This document shows, piece after piece, positions 20,763-28,872 of a stretch of 64,000 bases of DNA (position 1 is the first letter of the stretch; every line of letters starts with the position of its first letter). This stretch comes from an uncultured delta proteobacterium. Lineage in GTDB: Bacteria > Desulfobacterota > Desulfobacteria > Desulfobacterales > SG8-13. The notes beneath the pieces were generated by a model. The model had not been told where the DNA came from. It made no database searches and was given only the letters and a program-made list of their open reading frames with translations. The position numbers and the translations under genes are program-made. Location: NCBI GenBank assembly GCA_963848135.1, contig CAWKCK010000007.1, positions 1 to 64,000 on the forward strand, given 5' to 3'.

Positions 20763-21446
20763 ATGAAAAGCGGACTCGAATGCCATCGGCTGTCGATTGC
20801 CCGCCGGTCACCGGATGGACGGGAAAAACGGGTCCTTAGTGACCTCAATGCCACATTTCCTGCCGGGCAATTGGCGCTCATCGCCGGGGAAACAGGCGCT
20901 GGCAAGAGTACCCTGCTCCACGTGTTGGCCGGTTTGCTGCGGCCGACGCAGGGAGAAGTCCTGGCCGACGGCGATCCGGTATCCCGCTGGGTGAGTGCAC
21001 ATCGTGATCGCTGGCGCCGTAAGGTCGGTATCGTCTTTCAATCCGATCGTTTGATAAGCGACTTGAGCGCGATGGAGAATGTCTTTTTGCCCCTTGTACC
21101 GAGGGGATTCCGTCTGGCCGAATGCCGGCATCTCGCAATCAAAGCGCTTCGTGAGTTGCAGGCTGGCGGATTCGCCTCTGAGACCGTTCACAAACTGTCC
21201 GGCGGCGAACGCCAGCGTGTCGCGATTGCCCGGGCGCTGGTTTCGCAACCGGCATTTGTGCTGGCCGACGAACCGACGGCCCACCAGGATCAAGAAAGCA
21301 CCACAGCCATTGCGGATACACTTTTGGCGATCGCGGCAACGGGAGCTACCGTGGTCGTCACGGCCCATGACGCACGCTTGCTGACATCCGGCATTACCCG
21401 ACATCGCTATCAACTGGAATACGGCCGGCTGAGGCTGACGGAATGA
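20763..21446 (+). CDS. ABC transporter ATP-binding protein (LolD-like)
   Basis: GETGAGKST, LSGGERQRVAIARAL and LADEPT. Confidence 0.95.
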   Translation: MKSGLECHRLSIARRSPDGREKRVLSDLNATFPAGQLALIAGETGAGKSTLLHVLAGLLRPTQGEVLADGDPVSRWVSAHRDRWRRKVGIVFQSDRLISDLSAMENVFLPLVPRGFRLAECRHLAIKALRELQAGGFASETVHKLSGGERQRVAIARALVSQPAFVLADEPTAHQDQESTTAIADTLLAIAATGATVVVTAHDARLLTSGITRHRYQLEYGRLRLTE

Positions 21447-22480
21447 TCTGGCACCCCTTGTTCCTGACCACATTCATGGTCCAAACGTCGGGATTTTTAT
21501 TGCTGGCTGCGGCGGCTTTGACGGCTTTCAGGATTGTTGTCGGGTGGAAACCGGCATCCGCAACGCGAGAGCAGTTAACCCTCGAAGTCAAAGCAGAATC
21601 CGCCGTCCTACAAACACGCTGGGCCCTGGGCCTGTATATTTTTTCCAACATCCTTCTGATTATCGGCACCACCAACGTCTATCCTGATTTGATTCCCGGT
21701 GCCATGTGCGGAACCGGGGTTATGCAGTCCATGAATAAAGCCGGCAACAGTTTTCTGATTTTAAATGGAATTCTACTGGCGGTACTTCTCTATTGGAATA
21801 ATCTTGAAATTCTCAATCGCAAACAAACAGACGTCCCGTTGACCGTTCAAAACGCCCGCCTGATTCTTCTGGCGCTGCCGGTGGCCGTTCTTGCATTCGG
21901 TTGGACCTTGTTTGCCGCGATCGAAGTGGATGTCCATCGGCCCGTAGACTGCTGCGCGGTGGTCTATGATCAGTTTCGCACAATCGATGAGGCACACCAA
22001 ATATCGGGGCTTTCTGATCGGTTCTGGATAGCAGCCTGGTTCATGTTGAGCCTTCTACTCGCCTGGCCGGCAGTGCAGTTGCTCCGGGGCCATCATGACC
22101 CGTCATTGAAATGGAACGCTTTTCTGTCTGTCGTCTCGGTACTCTGGATACCGGTTTCGGCCGTCACCCTGGTCAACATCCTCTCAGCCTATTACTACGG
22201 TGTTCTGCAGCACCAGTGCCCGTGGTGCCTCTTTCTTCTGCAGCATGGTGCGGTCGGTTTTCTTTTGTTCGGCGCCCTGGCAGTGGTTGCGATTGAAGGC
22301 CCGGCAGCCTTTTTGTTGCCGGCGGCAGGCAGAAAAATACCGAAGGTCTTTCCGGCTGCCCTTGACCGGGGGAAGACTGCCGCCGGTCGGGTCCTTATCG
22401 CCCTCACTGTTTTTATCGCACTGACGGCCCTGCCGCCTCTCATATGGCGATTTCGGTTCGGCGCGTGGATCGGCGGCTGA
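21443..22480 (+). CDS. Cys-motif polytopic membrane protein of unknown function
   Basis: About 8 TM helices. PGAMCGTG, VDCC and HQCPWC. ATGA overlap with the ATPase gene. Confidence 0.82.
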   Translation: MIWHPLFLTTFMVQTSGFLLLAAAALTAFRIVVGWKPASATREQLTLEVKAESAVLQTRWALGLYIFSNILLIIGTTNVYPDLIPGAMCGTGVMQSMNKAGNSFLILNGILLAVLLYWNNLEILNRKQTDVPLTVQNARLILLALPVAVLAFGWTLFAAIEVDVHRPVDCCAVVYDQFRTIDEAHQISGLSDRFWIAAWFMLSLLLAWPAVQLLRGHHDPSLKWNAFLSVVSVLWIPVSAVTLVNILSAYYYGVLQHQCPWCLFLLQHGAVGFLLFGALAVVAIEGPAAFLLPAAGRKIPKVFPAALDRGKTAAGRVLIALTVFIALTALPPLIWRFRFGAWIGG

Positions 22481-22632
22481 ACAACGCTCCGGTAGATATC
22501 AACTCGGGGATGCCCTTTCAAACGGCGGTTTTGATGCGACCAGTCCAATACGAGCTAAAGTTTCTCGGCAATTGGGCAATACAATATATAGGGAAGGAAC
22601 CGTTCACCGCCGAAAATATGGGGACGCCGATC

Positions 22633-22821
22633 ATGCCGGAACAACAGGTCAGCTATTGCAGACAGGAGATAATGTCCATGTGCGCCGCTGGTAGTGACAA
22701 CCAACAAAAGCTCTGCCGGTTCTACGAAAAATCGAACGCGTCAGCGCGGTGCATGTATTATGTGTTCGAGGAATACTGTGATTGCCTGAAGGCCCAGGTA
22801 ACGGCACACGGGAGTTTATAG
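22633..22821 (+). CDS. small six-Cys protein
   Basis: MPEQQVSYCRQEIMSMC...CRFYEKS...RCMYYVFEEYCDCLKAQ. Confidence 0.6.
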   Translation: MPEQQVSYCRQEIMSMCAAGSDNQQKLCRFYEKSNASARCMYYVFEEYCDCLKAQVTAHGSL

Positions 22822-22910
22822 CCGCCCGGTGGGAAGACCAATAATCCTAACATGATTCAATGACATGATATGGCCGCAAAAGTGTGAATGCGGTTCGTTA
22901 TATAGGCGGG

Positions 22911-25289
22911 CTAAGGCCTGGCAAATTTTCGGGCCAGGTCATTGTCGATGACATAAATACAGACTTCCTTGGCGCCCTGTTCCGTGTAGCGAAAGCTTTT
23001 GCACAATTTGTTGATAAGGTAACTGACGTCTTCCCGGATTTTCCTGTCGTAGGTTTTATAGTCTTCCGCTCCGTAGTCTTTGATGGCGCGCCTGAAATTT
23101 TCATTTTCAAGGAACGGGTCCAGAACTTTCTCTTTCAAGTTATATACGTAACGCTCATGCAGCGAGGCGTATACCCGCGTGGCCGTCAATGACTTTCCTT
23201 CTACGATCATCTCCTGGGTCAATGTTTTTGACGTATACTCTTTCTGAGTATCTTTACGAAATCCGCGCCGCTCCTCCGCATCCGCATCCGCCCCCAGAAA
23301 CCGTTTTTCGAGACTTTCGAAAAACTCCTCCGTGATTTCGAGCCGCTCTTTTGTGTAGGTACAAGTTTCCACTGCGCCGGGTTCGAAATTAACGGCAAAA
23401 AGGTAGTTCTGGATGTCTCTGGATATCTGCTCCTCGTTGTAATAATACAGAGACTCTTTCACTTCCTGCAGGATGGTATAGTCGTAATTGCGTAGCAAGG
23501 AATCCAGGAAACCGCTGGGTATCATTTCGCTGAGCTCTTTGCGGCTCTTGGTAAAAAAGTTACAGAGCTGAGACATGTTTATCAGTTTGTCTTCCTTGGC
23601 ATAATAGGAATAAAAATCGTTGAAGATCTTGATGGAGTCACGGCCCGAAATGCCGTGTTCACCCTCGGTTTCGGATTCGGCGATAATCCTTTTGCGCCGC
23701 TTGGCAGTCAGACTCTTGCGATCTTCTTCATCGAGCCAGTTGGGGATATACCCGGTGTAGATTTCCATCTTGAGGAGCTGCAGGTTCTCATCGCAGTATA
23801 GCCGGTATTTTCCCGGGTCGCTTATCCATTCCAGCAGGCCTTCGGAACGCTTATTCAGGCGGGTCGAAATGATCACCCGGACGAAGTTGTGCAGCACCCT
23901 GGGCAGGAAACCTTCGTCTATGTGCTTGCCGAAAATGTTGCGATAGATTTCAACCTCGGTGTTGAGATCCATGACATAGGGGATGTTGATGTACTCGATG
24001 CGGTCCGAGAATGACTGGAAATCTTCGATGTTTTTTTGATCTTCGGGATTCATGACGGCAATGAGAAGCGAATTGACATTTTCTTCGATATCCTCGACTT
24101 TGTGAATCCCCTCGCTGACGACATTGTGCAGCTCGATCAGACGTTCGGTGTTGTGGGACTTGATGTCCATGAGGGCATAGACCCCATTGTTGGTTTTTGC
24201 ATATTGAGAAAAAAGGTATCTGACCTGGTTGCTATCCCTCAGCAGCGCATTGATCCGGCTTTGTATGATGGCGTTGCTGAGCGTGATCCTTCTCAGGGGC
24301 CTGTCGCCCGGATTGTAAACGCTGATTCCCTCTCCCAATCTGCGGTCAAAGCGGTATGGTCGCGCATATATCATTTCAAAAATTTTGCGCGGGCTCTTGA
24401 GCCTGCCGAGCAGGGATTGAAAAAGCGAACTACAGATGGTGCAGGGATTGTCGCGAAACACCCACTCGTACTCTTTTTCGGTGAAAAGCTTCCATTTGAA
24501 TTCATCGTTCTCGAACAGATCGTCGAAAAAGGTCCGCCGGTAGGGCTTGGGAACCATCAGCAACGGATTGTCATGACTCGGGCAGGGTACCTCGATAAAG
24601 TCATCGGTCGTACTCAGCGTGTTCTGAATGTTCTGAAGCTTTAGCAATTCAATCTGCTCAGGGCTGAAATTCTCACGCAGCGGTAAGAGACTGTCGAGCA
24701 GGTGGGCGCCCCTATTTTCCGGCAACTCGCCCAGCATCTTGGGGTACAGGCGCCAGACGGTTTCGTAGCGCAAACCCTCCTCGGTGTTGTTGTACTCCTC
24801 GGTTTTCATCAATAAGTTGTTCAGAAAAGTGCTTTTGCCGCATCCGTGAGGTCCCCTGAAGATATAGATTTTGTTTTGCTGGGCGCCCCTCTTCATGGCT
24901 TCGACCAGTGCAACCAAGCGGTTGGCAAACAGCCGATCAGCAAAAAAGGGATGGTCTGCACCTTCGATGAAAAGTTTGCTGCAGTCGTAGCAGACATAAC
25001 TGATCGATTCCGGATCGTCCGGGTACTCATCGACCCCCGTACCGACGTAGGCCTTAACCATGTCATGGAAAATCTGAAAAATGTTCCGGATTACCCCCCC
25101 AGGTTTCGTGGTGACTTCTTCGAGAAAGGCATCGAAAGCAATCGGCTGGTGCTGGTCGAGATCGCTCAGCGCACGATCGAAGTTTTCCAAAGCCACCTGG
25201 ATGTTCTCAGGCGCAACCGCCGCTTCCGCCTCTGCAGTTGACTGCTGGTTGTCCTCTTTTCCACGGGTCTCTTCAACTGGGCTGGTCAT
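22911..25289 (-). CDS. PrkA-family AAA protein, second divergent paralog
   Basis: Walker A GPHGCGKST, CPSHDNPL, DRIEYINIPY and GISGR. Confidence 0.88.
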   Translation of the reverse strand: MTSPVEETRGKEDNQQSTAEAEAAVAPENIQVALENFDRALSDLDQHQPIAFDAFLEEVTTKPGGVIRNIFQIFHDMVKAYVGTGVDEYPDDPESISYVCYDCSKLFIEGADHPFFADRLFANRLVALVEAMKRGAQQNKIYIFRGPHGCGKSTFLNNLLMKTEEYNNTEEGLRYETVWRLYPKMLGELPENRGAHLLDSLLPLRENFSPEQIELLKLQNIQNTLSTTDDFIEVPCPSHDNPLLMVPKPYRRTFFDDLFENDEFKWKLFTEKEYEWVFRDNPCTICSSLFQSLLGRLKSPRKIFEMIYARPYRFDRRLGEGISVYNPGDRPLRRITLSNAIIQSRINALLRDSNQVRYLFSQYAKTNNGVYALMDIKSHNTERLIELHNVVSEGIHKVEDIEENVNSLLIAVMNPEDQKNIEDFQSFSDRIEYINIPYVMDLNTEVEIYRNIFGKHIDEGFLPRVLHNFVRVIISTRLNKRSEGLLEWISDPGKYRLYCDENLQLLKMEIYTGYIPNWLDEEDRKSLTAKRRKRIIAESETEGEHGISGRDSIKIFNDFYSYYAKEDKLINMSQLCNFFTKSRKELSEMIPSGFLDSLLRNYDYTILQEVKESLYYYNEEQISRDIQNYLFAVNFEPGAVETCTYTKERLEITEEFFESLEKRFLGADADAEERRGFRKDTQKEYTSKTLTQEMIVEGKSLTATRVYASLHERYVYNLKEKVLDPFLENENFRRAIKDYGAEDYKTYDRKIREDVSYLINKLCKSFRYTEQGAKEVCIYVIDNDLARKFARP

Positions 25290-25416
25290 GTCGTTTTCCC
25301 CGGCGTGAATCCTGGACGCTTTTAAATGTGCAACGGCAGGTCGCATGCAAACGTAACCGCTGTTGCTGGTAAACCGCCTGTCTATTATCTTCTACCTAAT
25401 TTGAGGGTCTATTTTC

Positions 25417-25575
25417 GTAGCCATTCACAGGGTTGCAACGTTGCTGTGGGCTTCAAACCACCTGATTGTAAGCGTTTACAAGGTGCCGCAGATGCAAGGC
25501 GTCGGGCGCGCAGACGTACTCTTGTACTTCAAGTGCCCGACAACAAAGCAGATGCGGTGCCATGTGAATGCTTAC
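25417..25575. mobile_element. MITE family B with IS66-like ends (159 bp)
   Basis: TIRs GTAGCCATTCACA / TGTGAATGCTTAC. 8-bp TSD CTATTTTC at 25409-25416 and 25576-25583. Confidence 0.85.
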
Positions 25576-25606
25576 CTATTTTCTAACGATACGCGTGAGG
25601 TCCCGT

Positions 25607-27235
25607 TCAGCCACTGAGTACCTCCCGGGTAAGTTTACGCTCCTTCATGGTATAAACCACCCGTTCCCAACGGATATCCGTTGCCTGAGGCCCCTCCGCC
25701 AAGGGGGTGCTTCCCCCGCCGGCAGCCACTTCACTGGTTTCGAGTTTCACCGGAGCACCCCACAAATACTCGATCCCTATCATTGTGTTGGTGATGAAGT
25801 CTTTCACCAAAGGCTTGCCTTCGAAATGATGCACGAGGTAAAGGGTACTGTTCTTCTGCTGCTTGTCCTGGATGGTGATGTGGGGTGGATGGTAGAGGCC
25901 TTCGAGGAGCATATTGCGGAAATCGGCGGCTTTGCGACTCTTGACGTAATACTCCCAAACCATCCGGCTCTGATTCAAGCGCTTCCCGGCAACAAAAAGT
26001 TTATTGCGGGTAACGAAATCCTGATCGACAAAAGTGTTGAGAAATGTAAAGTCACATAAATTTTCGCGCACGTTGAATATAAATTCCTGGCCTTTGTTGG
26101 TACCGGCGTCGAAATTCTCCCGCTGCTTGGCATCCTCTAACCGTCTGAAATGTAAATTGTATTTTCCTTTGTTACCCAAATCCTCGATGAAGTAAAAGAG
26201 CCGCATCCCTAATGCATAGGGGTTGAGGCCAACCCGCGGCAGTGAGGTCACGCCGGCATGCGTTCGGGCAAAATCGACCTCGTGGCCGCGTATACGGTCA
26301 TCGTCAAGGAAAAGCTTTTCATGCCAATAACTGGCCCAGCCCTCATTCATGATCTTGGTTCGGATCTGAGGCTGGAAAAATATCGATGTATTGCGCACGA
26401 CTTCCACCACCGATTTCATCCAACTGTTTTTTCCCTTGTTCAGAAAATCGGAGTTTTCGAGGATAAACTGGACCGGATCCAGTTTGGATTTGGTTTTTTC
26501 TTTCAGACTCTTTTTGAATAAAGTGTCAAACTCGGGATGTGTCTTGGTGACTTCGGCAAAAAAGGTTTTAATACCTTGACGGCTCTCGGCACGAATGCAA
26601 GCATTGTATCTCTCGACCTCTTTGATGTATTCGCTAATTTTAACCTTGCGAATATCCTGCAGGAAGACATCGAAATAATAGTTCAATCGCTTGGACCCGT
26701 TAACGATCGGTAGCTGATCGAGCTGGGCAAGCTCACGGTGGTAACCCACGAGATTGTCGATGCTGCGGGCAAACTCGATGATGTAGTCCACCCAGCGGCC
26801 TTTTTCGGATCTCAAGACGGCTATCAGCCGTTTGTCAGAAAGGGCCTTTCCGGTAAAATCGTAGTCCCAGGTGTGGCGGAAGTAGTGATTGTTCTGGAAG
26901 AAGTCGATGTGCCCGAGCACGTGGTAGAAAATCATGACGTTCATCCAATCCGGATTGTTGTCATTATAGTAGGAAATGGCCGGGCGGGTGTTAATCACCG
27001 TTTCGTAGGGATTACTGGGGTAAAGTTCGTAGCGTCCTTTTTCCTTGAGCACCTCAACGTCATGAACCCAGTAATCGTAGAGAGTGGGAATCATCACTTT
27101 GGGGGTAAGTTCAAGCAAGTCTCGGTTGGTCACAATATATTCGAGGGTTTCGTCCTCGAACTGCAACCCGGCCGCAAGCGCACGTACTTTACACCCTTCC
27201 ATGATCTCTTTGGTGTGCTGATCGATCAGTTCCAT
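25607..27235 (-). CDS. spoVR: SpoVR/YcgB family protein
   Basis: YETVINTRP, HVLGHIDFF, PQIRTKIMNEGWASYWH and NPYALG. Confidence 0.93.
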   Translation of the reverse strand: MELIDQHTKEIMEGCKVRALAAGLQFEDETLEYIVTNRDLLELTPKVMIPTLYDYWVHDVEVLKEKGRYELYPSNPYETVINTRPAISYYNDNNPDWMNVMIFYHVLGHIDFFQNNHYFRHTWDYDFTGKALSDKRLIAVLRSEKGRWVDYIIEFARSIDNLVGYHRELAQLDQLPIVNGSKRLNYYFDVFLQDIRKVKISEYIKEVERYNACIRAESRQGIKTFFAEVTKTHPEFDTLFKKSLKEKTKSKLDPVQFILENSDFLNKGKNSWMKSVVEVVRNTSIFFQPQIRTKIMNEGWASYWHEKLFLDDDRIRGHEVDFARTHAGVTSLPRVGLNPYALGMRLFYFIEDLGNKGKYNLHFRRLEDAKQRENFDAGTNKGQEFIFNVRENLCDFTFLNTFVDQDFVTRNKLFVAGKRLNQSRMVWEYYVKSRKAADFRNMLLEGLYHPPHITIQDKQQKNSTLYLVHHFEGKPLVKDFITNTMIGIEYLWGAPVKLETSEVAAGGGSTPLAEGPQATDIRWERVVYTMKERKLTREVLSG

Positions 27236-27237
27236 AT

Positions 27238-28629
27238 CTATTCCGATATTAGCTTTTTGATCCCCTCAATCAGCCGTTGCTCGTTGGCATCCTCTTTAAG
27301 CACGTCGATGCGCAACAGCGTCGGTTTTTTCTCCAGAAGTCCTGATTTTTTGATGTACCTTTCAACTTCGGTACCTTTGTCTGTCCCGACCCCGTGTTCG
27401 GCAATCGTCAACCCGACCCGGTTGGCATATCCCAGCATTTTTTTCAGCTCCGGGATCGCCTCCTTTCCTTCCGTGTCCCAGTCGTCGCCGTCTGTGCCAT
27501 GAAAAACATAGATGTTGTAATCGCGGCTTAGGTTCTCCTTATCGACGATTTCGTTGACCAACCGATACGCGGACACCACCTGGGTACCGCCGGCCACCGT
27601 GGAGTTGTAATAGGTGTAGAAATCCGGTACTTCCTTAGCTTCGGTATCGTGCAGAACAAAACGGGTTTCTACCTGCATAGCATACTGGTAGAGAAGCCAA
27701 CTGTAAATCATCACATGCTGGGCGACCACGAGTTCGGTCGCCTTTCCGTCCATTGAGCCTGAATAGTCCCGCAGAAAGAACACCATGGCCTGAGATTCGT
27801 AATCCTTTTCGGGTGACAAAATGCGGAACACGCGATCTCTGGGTGATATCAGAAAATCGGTCGGATTAATGTCATTGATATCGGGCAAGTTACCCAGGTG
27901 TATATTGGTTTCGACAATTTGACGTAAGGTGGCTTTTTTGTCGAGGAGTTGTCCAAACCCCCGATGCTTGTCTGTAAGATCGTAGGTATAGCGGGTCAGA
28001 GACCGTTTCTTGCCCTTGTCCTTGAGGTTGGGCAGCTCAAACTGTTCGGTAAGAATTCTCCCGAGGTCATACGCATCGGATACCAGATCATGGGCACCGC
28101 CTTCACCCTCGCCAGACCCGCTCCCCTCACCCTCCGGCGAACGCACCGGCTGCTCGCCGATCACCTCGCCTTCTTCCCCTTCACCGGTGCCTCCCGAAGG
28201 ATCTCCCTCACCCGATTCGGAAACCTTGAAGTTCGGGTCGTGAATGAATTTTTCCTCGACCGTCGTGGGGACGATAACCACTTTGGTCTTTCCCCCTTTA
28301 GCCGGTTTGATCAGTCGGCCGACATTGATTTTACGCGGGAAGCCGTCTTTTTCCCGCAGACGATCCCGCTCGAGCAGTTCGTCGATGGACCGCACCGTGG
28401 CGGTGTAAGTGCTTTGCATGGCCGCCATGGCTTGCAGGTGAATCAGGTCGTAGTATTGGTACATCTTCGCCGGCTGCTGCGTAAACCCATCGCCGAGCGC
28501 GTCGGTACTTTCGAATCCTGGAACCGCGTGCTCCCGATCATCGTTCAGCTCGTCTGCGATGGTTTTCTCCTGATCGGTTGTCAGCCCGCGTGCTTTGAGG
28601 GATTCTAATATTTTTGATTTGTTGTCCAT
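27238..28629 (-). CDS. yeaH: YeaH/YhbH (DUF444) vWA-domain protein
   Basis: Gly/Glu-rich linker, LPNLKDKG, MIDAS-like DYSGS, GGT and TDGDD. Confidence 0.92.
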   Translation of the reverse strand: MDNKSKILESLKARGLTTDQEKTIADELNDDREHAVPGFESTDALGDGFTQQPAKMYQYYDLIHLQAMAAMQSTYTATVRSIDELLERDRLREKDGFPRKINVGRLIKPAKGGKTKVVIVPTTVEEKFIHDPNFKVSESGEGDPSGGTGEGEEGEVIGEQPVRSPEGEGSGSGEGEGGAHDLVSDAYDLGRILTEQFELPNLKDKGKKRSLTRYTYDLTDKHRGFGQLLDKKATLRQIVETNIHLGNLPDINDINPTDFLISPRDRVFRILSPEKDYESQAMVFFLRDYSGSMDGKATELVVAQHVMIYSWLLYQYAMQVETRFVLHDTEAKEVPDFYTYYNSTVAGGTQVVSAYRLVNEIVDKENLSRDYNIYVFHGTDGDDWDTEGKEAIPELKKMLGYANRVGLTIAEHGVGTDKGTEVERYIKKSGLLEKKPTLLRIDVLKEDANEQRLIEGIKKLISE

Positions 28630-28643
28630 GGTTTGTGTGTGGT

Positions 28644-28713
28644 GTTGCGGGTTACGGGTTACGAGTTACGGGTTACGGGTTACGGGTTGCGAGTTAAGGG
28701 TTGCGAGTTAAGG
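28644..28713. repeat. 10 x 7-bp tandem repeat GTT(A/G)(C/A)G(G/A)
   Basis: Counted directly, just upstream of the yeaH start. Confidence 0.92.
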
Positions 28714-28743
28714 GTGATATATCTCCGCTTTAGTCCAGTGAAA

Positions 28744-28869
28744 ATGGAATGAGGAATTTTTTCGATTGGCAAGGCCGCACAAGGGTTTCAGCCGAGGCGT
28801 ACATTCGTACGTCGCAGGCTTGAAAACCGCGGAGAACGCAGCGAATCGGAAAAATAACCATTCCCTCAT
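28744..28869. repeat. REP-like palindromic element
   Basis: GCAAGGC...GAGGCGTAC-ATTC-GTACGTCG...AACGCAGC core with imperfect flanking inverted repeats. Confidence 0.7.
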
Positions 28870-28872
28870 CAT

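Noticed and set aside
28644..28713. Tandem repeats as a CRISPR array
   Set aside because: 7-bp units with no spacers and no cas genes.
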